A stretch of DNA of 64,000 nt. Origin: a virus. A program made the translations under genes and the position numbers. A model generated the notes under the pieces. It was not told the DNA's origin and ran no database searches. It saw only the letters and a program-made list of their open reading frames with translations. This document shows, one piece after another, positions 45,830-53,416 of this stretch (position 1 is the first letter of the stretch; each line of letters starts with the position of its first letter). The stretch lies in the IMG/VR virus record IMGVR_UViG_3300033405_000004, positions 93,323 through 157,322 of that record. The stretch is one strand, 5' to 3'.

Positions 45830-46402
45830 ATGGCCAAGCGAATGGTAGAGGTCGAGGACAACCTGGACGACATCGTCCAGGGGGCCATCGACTCGGTGAA
45901 GGAGGAGCTGCTGAGCTTCCTCAACGATAACCCGGACACCGACACGTGCCCGGACATCAGCAACGACCTCGACTACTCCGGGGCCATCCACGAGATCATC
46001 GACGGGGCCGTCCCCATCTACACGAGCGAGATCAACGACCTCTTCTACCTGTACGGCGATGAGCTGGAGCAGGCCTTCGATGACGCCGGCATCGGCGAGA
46101 AGGACGACAAGGGCTGGCCGATGGGCTGGAAGGCCGCCGCCATCTACTGCTACATCGAGCAAAAGGTCCACGAGTGGTACCACGAGAACGCCGAGGAGGT
46201 TTTCGACGAGTGGAAGGAAGGCAGGCCCAAGGAGGAAGAGGACGAGGAGGCCGAGGAGGCCGAAGAGAAGCCCGAAGCTGAACCGCCGCCCGAAGGAGCC
46301 GCCCCGGCCCCGAAGGCCCCGAAGGCCGAGGAGGCTCCGCCCCCCAGCGAATCCGTCCAGGCCGAGGCCAAGCGCATGGTTGATAAGCTGCTGGAGGGCT
46401 GA
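45830..46402 (+). CDS. ocr: Ocr (T7 gp0.3)-like DNA-mimic anti-restriction protein with a C-terminal tag
   Basis: AIHEIIDGAVPIYTSEI..FDDAGI..AAIY, compared with recalled T7 AIHMAADNAVPHYYADI..FEDSGL..ARIY. Highly acidic. Confidence 0.8.
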   Translation: MAKRMVEVEDNLDDIVQGAIDSVKEELLSFLNDNPDTDTCPDISNDLDYSGAIHEIIDGAVPIYTSEINDLFYLYGDELEQAFDDAGIGEKDDKGWPMGWKAAAIYCYIEQKVHEWYHENAEEVFDEWKEGRPKEEEDEEAEEAEEKPEAEPPPEGAAPAPKAPKAEEAPPPSESVQAEAKRMVDKLLEG

Positions 46403-46404
46403 GC

Positions 46405-46863
46405 ATGGCCGACGCTGGCACCAGAAAAGCGGCCAAGCTCCTGGTCGACCGGCTGCTAGCCGAGGACGAGCACCGCGGCATCGCCTGGGAGGAGCTGCCG
46501 AATGGCGACCTCAGGATCACCGTCGACGACGACGTGCGGGAGGAGATCAAGGAGAAGATGCACGCCGGACTGTCGGACGAGGAGGTCCAGATGGGTGTGA
46601 GTGCCGTGCCGACCGAGCCGATGTTGTGGGACGTGCTGGAGCCGATGACCGCCAACAGCGAAATCCAGTCGGTGAGGCCGGAGGAGATCGCCGCCCTTAC
46701 TGACGCCCCGATCCTCTCGGACGCGGGCAGGGATGACCACGGGGAGCTCCAGATGACCCCGGAGAGCAAGGTTTGGTGGTACCCCGGCTACGCGACAAGG
46801 GACCCGCTCGACGACCTGATCGAGAAGGGTGAAACCGTCTTTACGAGGGTGCACAATGAGTAG
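46405..46863 (+). CDS. Acidic tagged protein
   Basis: N-terminal AAKLLVDRLLAE. Confidence 0.75.
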   Translation: MADAGTRKAAKLLVDRLLAEDEHRGIAWEELPNGDLRITVDDDVREEIKEKMHAGLSDEEVQMGVSAVPTEPMLWDVLEPMTANSEIQSVRPEEIAALTDAPILSDAGRDDHGELQMTPESKVWWYPGYATRDPLDDLIEKGETVFTRVHNE

Positions 46864-47401
46864 GGTTTTCGAGCGGGACGACCTCAAAAAGTTGAACATC
46901 CCTGCTAGCGGCAAGGCTTACGCCCGCCAGACTCGGGCTTCCCTGCGGCCGGGCAGGCGGCCGGACATGTACTTCCGCATGGTGCGCGACCTCACCAAGG
47001 GCCCCGAAAAAGGCTTCCCGACTCCCGACGTGGGCAAGGACACCGCTGGCAAGGCCGGCGCGGGCGCCCTGCACGGCGGGGCCAAGGGCCCGACGCTCGG
47101 CCACTCCAAGACCGTGGCGCAGCGCGCGGGCCGCGCGATGGTCGATTCGCTGGCCCGGCGGCTCGTCGGGGAGCTGCTTGAGGACTTCCCGCGGCACTTC
47201 GAGGTCGTCGTGGGCAACATCGGTACGGTCTACTCTGGCCGCGATGAGGCGGAGGCGCAGAAGCACTACGACGAGTACGTGGACCAGTCGAAGACTGGCT
47301 ATGGCCGCGCCGCCGGCGAGAGCGTGACGATGTTCAGGAACGGTGAGATTTTCAAGGAGCACATCGGAACGCAGGAGGACGCCCATGCCGAAGGAGGCTG
47401 A
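46856..47401 (+). CDS. Two-module tagged protein
   Basis: Internal SLARRLVGELLE separates a basic N-module from a compact C-domain. Confidence 0.75.
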   Translation: MSRVFERDDLKKLNIPASGKAYARQTRASLRPGRRPDMYFRMVRDLTKGPEKGFPTPDVGKDTAGKAGAGALHGGAKGPTLGHSKTVAQRAGRAMVDSLARRLVGELLEDFPRHFEVVVGNIGTVYSGRDEAEAQKHYDEYVDQSKTGYGRAAGESVTMFRNGEIFKEHIGTQEDAHAEGG

Positions 47402-48371
47402 GCGAAAGGTAAAGCGCCAGGGGGGCACGGCCCGCTACCGGACGATTAAGAGCGGCGACAAGCTCTTCACCTGCGCCGTGACCCGCAAGGAGGGCCCGAG
47501 GGGCGGCAGGACCGTCTGCTGGCCCCGGGAGGGTCTGCTGGCGTCGGCGTTGGTCGACAGGCTGCTGGAGATTCGGATGCGGGACGGGGAGCCGCGCAAA
47601 GAAAGCCCCGAGGGGCAGGCGCGGGCCATCATGGCCGCGCACGACATCCACGGCGTGGCCGAGGCCTTCGAGTATGCGTTCGACGACCGGAGCCACGGCG
47701 ACGACTACTTTGCCGAGGCGGCCCGGCAGGTCGCCGAGGAGGCGTTCGGGATGATCGACAAGATTCACGGCGGCGAGGAGGAGGCGGTGGGCTACCTTGT
47801 GAAGGTCATCGCCCGGTCCAACGAGTTGCGCCGGGCTGAGGGCAACGAGTCTTTGCACGAGGGCCTCCAATGGGTGCGGGTCCCGGCCGTCATGACGGGC
47901 GGGAAGCCCTATTTCTGGGTCGCGGACGACCCGGGCAAGTCCCGTCGCTACTCATGGGCCGTGGTGTGGAACCGGATTGCTAAGTCCTGGGTCGTCAAAT
48001 ACGAGGATGAGGAGCTGGGGCGCGCTTCGGACCCCGAGGAGGGGAAGAGGATGGCCGAGCAGGAGTTCGCCAGGCGGCCGCCCGACCGCGTCACCCGGGT
48101 CATCGGCTTCCCCGCCGAGTGCGCCGCCCGCCGCATGGTGGACGCTTTGTTAGAGGGCGACGAGTGGGTGCGGTTCACCAAGCGCACGAACGACCCGAAG
48201 CTCAAGTGGTTGGAGGGTGAGCTGGCGAAGCGCGGCATCAAATCCCGTCGCGCCGGCGAATCTTGGCATGCTCCGATTCTCCAGGTGATGCGCAAGGATC
48301 TGGACGCGGCATGGAAGATCCTGACACCCGTGGACGACGTCCCGGACGACGATCCGAGGTTTGGTGTTTAG
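47385..48371 (+). CDS. Multi-module tagged protein (putative polyprotein)
   Basis: ASALVDRLLE, SLHE and AARRMVDALLE separate four modules. Confidence 0.75.
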   Translation: MPKEAERKVKRQGGTARYRTIKSGDKLFTCAVTRKEGPRGGRTVCWPREGLLASALVDRLLEIRMRDGEPRKESPEGQARAIMAAHDIHGVAEAFEYAFDDRSHGDDYFAEAARQVAEEAFGMIDKIHGGEEEAVGYLVKVIARSNELRRAEGNESLHEGLQWVRVPAVMTGGKPYFWVADDPGKSRRYSWAVVWNRIAKSWVVKYEDEELGRASDPEEGKRMAEQEFARRPPDRVTRVIGFPAECAARRMVDALLEGDEWVRFTKRTNDPKLKWLEGELAKRGIKSRRAGESWHAPILQVMRKDLDAAWKILTPVDDVPDDDPRFGV

Positions 48372-49681
48372 CCGCCTGGGTCGTCGTCGACTTCCACCAC
48401 CGGGCCGCCTTGCTCGGACAGGGTGTCGCCTTCGCCTCGTGTGAGGCTCGTCGTCGGCGACTCCGACACGTTGTAGGGCACGCCGTCGGCGGTGTTCGGC
48501 GCCGTCGCGACCGCCGTGGTTGGGTCCACGGCGCTCAGCGCCGAGAAGTTCGCTTGCACGTCGTTCAGCTCCCCGCGTTCCAGTGCGTAGGTGCCCCGCA
48601 GGCGCCCGGCGGCGAACGTCGATTGCACTTTGACGAGGTAGTAGAGGCCTGACCACGACTCGCTCGGCACCATCAGCTGCACCATGTCGCCGGGCCGCAG
48701 GAAGGGCTGGTTCGCCATCGTGAACGTCATCCCGAACGTGCTCAGCCGGCCCGATTCGTAGCGGTTCTGCGCCTCGGCCAGGGCCAGCGAGAGCTGGTTC
48801 TGGCCCACGTGCCTGAGGTGGGTGCGCACATGGCCCAGCGATGGGATCACCTTCGCCAGCTTCAGTGCGACTGTGGGGGTGGTGAGGCTGGTTGGGGACT
48901 CGCCGGTCAGCGGCGCGTAGGCCACGGTGCGGACGCCCCCTGCGCCGCTCTGGAGGGCCGGGCCGCCGCGGTCGAGGAACACCAGGCCTGTCGCGGCCAC
49001 CCCGGGTACGCTGTAGGGGAGCTGCTTCAGGCCGGCGTTTTGCCAGCCGGGCGTGTGGAAGTGGAGCTGGTCGTTCTGCGCATACAGCTGGTAGTTGCCC
49101 ATGCCCTTCGTGTTCACGGCGGCCGGGAGCAGGCGCTCGGCGAGGAACATCCAGTCGGTCTCGTAGGATTGGATGAAGCTGAACTTGTCGCGGGTTGGCT
49201 CGACGACCGAGCCGGCGAACCCGAAGTCCGTGGCGAGCTGCTCTACGAGCTGGCTGACGATGCCCTGCTGGGCCCGGAGCCGCTGCTCCAGGTTGAGCGT
49301 GTAGAGGCGGTCGACCGTCGTCATGCGGAAGGTGTACCCTGCCGCGGAGGCGTTGATCTGCCCGGCCTGGAACGGCGCTTCAAGGATGTAGTGCGTCTCC
49401 CAAGCCCGCCACTGCGTCACGTCGCCTTGGTTGACCCCGATGCGGAAGCGAACGAGCCGGTCGTTTAGCAGCTTTGGGCGCAGCCGATCGATGAAGAGGC
49501 TGCGGTTGGCCGCCTGGATCTGGTGCACGCAGGTCTTCCACATGCTCGCCGGTTCGTCGTAGGCGCCCTTGAGGTAGGTGAACTGGCCTGGCACCAGCAG
49601 CGGGTCGGGCGCCTGCGCGGTGCCCAGGTCGAGTTCGACGATCGGGCGCCCGTTGAGCGGCTGCAGGGTGGTGGTGGCCAT
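48368..49681 (-). CDS. Baseplate hub (gp27/late control D-like)
   Basis: VSQLVEQLA, QSYETDWMFL, PFLRPGDMVQL, SGLYYL. TAGTTA-N4-ATG. Confidence 0.8.
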   Translation of the reverse strand: MATTTLQPLNGRPIVELDLGTAQAPDPLLVPGQFTYLKGAYDEPASMWKTCVHQIQAANRSLFIDRLRPKLLNDRLVRFRIGVNQGDVTQWRAWETHYILEAPFQAGQINASAAGYTFRMTTVDRLYTLNLEQRLRAQQGIVSQLVEQLATDFGFAGSVVEPTRDKFSFIQSYETDWMFLAERLLPAAVNTKGMGNYQLYAQNDQLHFHTPGWQNAGLKQLPYSVPGVAATGLVFLDRGGPALQSGAGGVRTVAYAPLTGESPTSLTTPTVALKLAKVIPSLGHVRTHLRHVGQNQLSLALAEAQNRYESGRLSTFGMTFTMANQPFLRPGDMVQLMVPSESWSGLYYLVKVQSTFAAGRLRGTYALERGELNDVQANFSALSAVDPTTAVATAPNTADGVPYNVSESPTTSLTRGEGDTLSEQGGPVVEVDDDPGG

Positions 49682-49684
49682 GCC

Positions 49685-50155
49685 CTAACTAGAGCCGCGC
49701 GCGAGCCTGCTCGCCTCGGCCTCCACCTCCTCCGCCCTGGCGTCGAAGGCCGCCCTGAGCCTGCCCTCCAGGTCCTCCGTGGTCAGCCGCACCAGCGCCC
49801 AGCCGTTGCGCTTCGCCACCGCCTCCTTCGCCCGGTCCCTCGCCTTCCGGCTGGGGTGGCGGTGCCATCTGCGCCCGTCGACCTCGACGAGCAGGCTCAG
49901 TCCCGGCACGGCGAAGTCGAAGGCGAACCCCTCCATCGGCTTGTCCTGATCGAAGGGGAGGCCGTAGTCGAGCAGTACCTGCAGGGCCCTCCGCTCCAAG
50001 GGGCTCCTCCTTGGCCGGCGATGCCTCGTTATTTTCACCTTGTCCCCGCAGGAGTTGCAGACGAAGATCGGCTTCCGCGCCCACTTGTGGGGCCAGACGA
50101 ACTTCCCGAGGGTGCTTTCCTTGACCTTGTGGCATCTATGGCAAAGCTCCAGCAT
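49685..50155 (-). CDS. DUF559/Vsr-like endonuclease with a Zn ribbon
   Basis: SPLE, FDF, LVEVDGRRWH, RD..K..GW.LVR. Confidence 0.85.
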   Translation of the reverse strand: MLELCHRCHKVKESTLGKFVWPHKWARKPIFVCNSCGDKVKITRHRRPRRSPLERRALQVLLDYGLPFDQDKPMEGFAFDFAVPGLSLLVEVDGRRWHRHPSRKARDRAKEAVAKRNGWALVRLTTEDLEGRLRAAFDARAEEVEAEASRLARGSS

Positions 50156-50190
50156 GGTTGTGGAGAACCCGTGAACCCCTTGTTTACAAC

Positions 50191-50409
50191 ATGAAAGACG
50201 TGGCTGCAGTCGTCGAGTTCAAGCGGCTCCATCGCGGTGCCCGCGGCGCCCACAGCAAGCGGAAGCTCTGCTGCTGCGGGGGCCACAGCGCCCACGACGC
50301 CAAGAGCAACCCGCACCACCACTCGACGCGGGCCCGCCTCCGGTACCGCCAGAGCCGGATTTTGTGCCTGACGCCAATCATGGAGGCGGGCGCGCTAGTT
50401 AGTGCATGA
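50191..50409 (+). CDS. Possible basic Cys/His-rich protein
   Basis: ATG directly after the TGTTTACA box. Confidence 0.4.
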   Translation: MKDVAAVVEFKRLHRGARGAHSKRKLCCCGGHSAHDAKSNPHHHSTRARLRYRQSRILCLTPIMEAGALVSA

Positions 50410-50651
50410 TCACGCCAGTTCAAAGGCTGTTGGAGGACGCGGACCGCACCGCGCTCGGCGTCGAGGCCGACGCCGTGCTCGCCTCCGCCAGGCGGGTGGC
50501 CGGGCTGGTGCCGCGGCGTGATGTTGAGTTCGAAATCGGCAGACAGGTCTTCCGCGACCCGCGGCCCGCGGGCGAGGAGGAGCTGCTGAAGAAGCTCGTG
50601 GAGATTCACGGCAAATTGGACGAGATCGTCGCCTACTTCGAGAGCGCCTGA
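50406..50651 (+). CDS. Small tagged late protein
   Basis: TAGTTA-N4-ATG, VQRLLE. Confidence 0.7.
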   Translation: MITPVQRLLEDADRTALGVEADAVLASARRVAGLVPRRDVEFEIGRQVFRDPRPAGEEELLKKLVEIHGKLDEIVAYFESA

Positions 50652-50665
50652 TGGCTAGTTAGTGC

Positions 50666-51316
50666 GTGAAGTTCACTGATCGGCCCAATTTCATCTACGA
50701 CCCGGCCGTGGCCGGGCTGGCCGACACCGTCGTCGCGCTGAGGATGCACGACGAGTATGTCAGGCAGTACTCGGCCCGCCCCGCTCCCATGTTCCTTGAG
50801 GTCGACCGGTCCGTCGAGAACGTGGACCTGCTCTGGCACACGCCGCGCGGCGCCCGCACCCAGTTCACCCGCCAGATCCGCATCCCGGCCATCAACAAGT
50901 TCGAGCGCCCGCAGTGGAACCTCACCCCGGTCGGCATCGTCCCCCAGAGGCGCGACCGGTTCTGGCTCTCCAACCTCGGCCTGGCCAGGGTCGACTGGTT
51001 CCCCAACCGCGGCGACCTGGTCATCTGGAACGGGTACCGGTACGGGCTGGTGGACGTGGTCATCCCGCCGGAATCCTACTGGGGCCAGACGGGCGTGTGG
51101 CTCGGGCTCTACGTGGTGGCCATCATCATCCCGGAGGGGGACGCCGCGCCCCTCGAAAACGTAAACATCGTCTACGACCCGGAGATGAGCCCCGACCTGA
51201 TGCCCTCGCCGCCTCCGCCGGTCTACAACGGCCCCGCCCTGGGCGAGCAGCTCCCCCAGCCGATCCTGCCCGTCCCGCCGCCCCCGCCCACCAACTTCGC
51301 GCCGCCCGCTTCCTGA
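50666..51316 (+). CDS. Neck/head-closure (gp14-like) protein
   Basis: WFPNRGDLVIW..Y motif, upstream of the tail genes. Confidence 0.6.
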   Translation: MKFTDRPNFIYDPAVAGLADTVVALRMHDEYVRQYSARPAPMFLEVDRSVENVDLLWHTPRGARTQFTRQIRIPAINKFERPQWNLTPVGIVPQRRDRFWLSNLGLARVDWFPNRGDLVIWNGYRYGLVDVVIPPESYWGQTGVWLGLYVVAIIIPEGDAAPLENVNIVYDPEMSPDLMPSPPPPVYNGPALGEQLPQPILPVPPPPPTNFAPPAS

Positions 51317-51319
51317 GCC

Positions 51320-51652
51320 ATGGAGGACGTCGTCGAGACCATGCGCCGGGCCTCCCTGGAGGCCGTGAACGCCAGCCTGCCGGCCTACCCGCCGGAGCGG
51401 TGGCTGGCGGCGCTCAAGCTGCTCGTCGCCAACCGCGCCGCCCCGAACACGGCGCCCCAGCAGGCTGCGGTGCTGCCGGACTTGGGGAGGCTCTCCCGCT
51501 CCGCAAGGTTCGGGTTCGACGACGGGGGCCTCCGAGTCGTGGCCGCTGGGGCCGAGGATGTGCTGACGCGCATCCGCCGCGGGTCGCTCTGGTTCAGGGG
51601 CGGCGACCCCGAGGCCGAGCTCCTCACACTTTTGGGTGAGGTCGGTAGTTAG
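51320..51652 (+). CDS. Hypothetical protein
   Basis: Operon position. Confidence 0.6.
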   Translation: MEDVVETMRRASLEAVNASLPAYPPERWLAALKLLVANRAAPNTAPQQAAVLPDLGRLSRSARFGFDDGGLRVVAAGAEDVLTRIRRGSLWFRGGDPEAELLTLLGEVGS

Positions 51653-51685
51653 GCCAGCAACCCATACCATCAAGGAGCGATTTTT

Positions 51686-51958
51686 ATGAAGAGAGATGTC
51701 CAAAAGACCATCAACGAGGCCCTCGTCAAGGTCTACGCCGGCGGCAAGATCGAGGAGGCGGTCAGTGAAATCCTCGGCGATCCTGGCATCGCGCCAGGCG
51801 TTGAGGTCGCCATCCTCTCCGACCCGGTGTGGGGCATGGAGGGAATCAAAGGCCGCGTCAAGGGGCCGTCGGGCACCAAGGGCTCCGGCTTCGTCGACGT
51901 CGAGCTCGCGAACGGCGTGATCATGCCGATGGAGTCCAACCTCCTCGCCCCCCTCTGA
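51686..51958 (+). CDS. Small SH3/KOW-like late protein
   Basis: Strong SD AAGGAG, PGVEV..GRV..VDVEL. Confidence 0.7.
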   Translation: MKRDVQKTINEALVKVYAGGKIEEAVSEILGDPGIAPGVEVAILSDPVWGMEGIKGRVKGPSGTKGSGFVDVELANGVIMPMESNLLAPL

Positions 51959-51962
51959 GTCC

Positions 51963-52430
51963 ATGTCGCTGGCCCGGCAGCTGCTGGAGCGCCTCCTCGG
52001 CGAGGCCGAGCCTGACGTCGACCAGGAAGTCCCCTGGGTGATCGAGGAACTCAAGGGCATCGGCATGGAGGTCGTCCCGCCTGAGGGGTTGTTTCAAATC
52101 GGCTTCGAGGACGACCCTGGCGGCCCGGCAACCGAGCTGATGACGGGGAAGCCGGTCAAGCCTGTACTTGAGCCCGCCGATGACGAGCGGACTGCGACTT
52201 ATCTCGTCAACCCAATGGCGGGCTGGAAGGAGTACGTCAAGCGGACCAACAAGAGTGGGAAGTGGGTGCAGTTTTCCGAGGAGCGCGCCGAGGAGTTCGA
52301 GCGGGTCGTGGCGAGGTACGGTTACGGGCTAGGCTCGGTGGGTGGCCACCCGGCCAACTTCGACTACCAGAAGGTCTACGGCGGCCTCACAGTCAGCTTT
52401 TTCTTCCTGGGGAACCCGTACCACATGTGA
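51963..52430 (+). CDS. Tagged putative virion-internal protein
   Basis: MSLARQLLERLLGE. Confidence 0.72.
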   Translation: MSLARQLLERLLGEAEPDVDQEVPWVIEELKGIGMEVVPPEGLFQIGFEDDPGGPATELMTGKPVKPVLEPADDERTATYLVNPMAGWKEYVKRTNKSGKWVQFSEERAEEFERVVARYGYGLGSVGGHPANFDYQKVYGGLTVSFFFLGNPYHM

Positions 52431-52444
52431 TCTCTAGTTAGTTC

Positions 52445-53356
52445 GTGGCCGACAAACCAATCATCCCGCAGGAGACGACCCCCGATGGGTACGCGGTCGC
52501 GCACGCCGACCAGTTCGACGTCGACCTGACTTCGGTGCGGGTGCACGAGCTGGCGCTCAACCACTGGCTCTACCACAGCTTCTTCGTGGACGCCGGCTAC
52601 CCGATCCCGGTGGTGTTCGCCACCCCGATGGACGCTTTCAGCGAGTTCGACCGGCTCTTCGCCATCAAGGAAGGCCCGTTCGAATACCTGCGCAAGCTCC
52701 CCAACGAGCCCTACCCCAGCAACGTGCGCTACCCGCTCATCAGCGTGAACCGCAGGGGCTGGGCCTTCCGGCCGTCGCAGAACTACTCCAGCCGGGTGGA
52801 GCGGCGCTTCGACTGGCTCAACGAGCCGCTGTCGTCGGGCATCACGGTCAACGACCTCTCCAGCGTGCGCCAGGAGCGCATGGCCATGGCGTGGGACTTC
52901 CGCTTCGAGGTGAACCACTACGCCATGCGGATGGACACCCAGGCCTTCTTCGTCCAGCGGCTCATGCGCCTCATGCAGTACACCGCCGGGCAGCCCCAGG
53001 TCTACCTCTGGACGCTCTATCCCGGCCACAACCCGCAGTTCATCCGCACCTTCCTGGAGGGCAACATCGACGACGTCACGGAGAAGAGCCCGGGCGACAA
53101 CAGTTTCATGGTCTACCGCACTTCCTGCACCCTGGTCATGGAGGGCTACAGCTACGACAACGACAAGGTCACCGTGCCCACGGTCTGGAGGATGATGTCC
53201 AGCGCCCCGGCCGTCTCCCCGACCACGCTCGACCAGGCCTACAGCTTCGCCTTCGGCGTCGAGCTCCGCACCGACCCCCCGCGGAACCCCGTCCTGCTCG
53301 CCCGCTCGCCCCTGCCCCCGTTCTCCGCCGAGCTGCCGGGCGGCGGCACGGTCTGA
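52445..53356 (+). CDS. Tail terminator/sheath stabiliser (gp15-like)
   Basis: IPVVFATP, YPLISVNR. Immediately upstream of the sheath gene. Confidence 0.65.
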   Translation: MADKPIIPQETTPDGYAVAHADQFDVDLTSVRVHELALNHWLYHSFFVDAGYPIPVVFATPMDAFSEFDRLFAIKEGPFEYLRKLPNEPYPSNVRYPLISVNRRGWAFRPSQNYSSRVERRFDWLNEPLSSGITVNDLSSVRQERMAMAWDFRFEVNHYAMRMDTQAFFVQRLMRLMQYTAGQPQVYLWTLYPGHNPQFIRTFLEGNIDDVTEKSPGDNSFMVYRTSCTLVMEGYSYDNDKVTVPTVWRMMSSAPAVSPTTLDQAYSFAFGVELRTDPPRNPVLLARSPLPPFSAELPGGGTV

Positions 53357-53416
53357 GCGGTCGGGCCTAGTAGTTAGGCCATGAAGTCCAACCGTAACCG
53401 TTGAGGGGCTCACACC

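Noticed and set aside
42410-46183. Very long alternative or antisense ORFs (1257 aa here, also 14086..16902 and 11752..13746)
   Set aside because: These are shadow frames of high-GC3 genes, with no motifs and R/G/A/P-biased composition.
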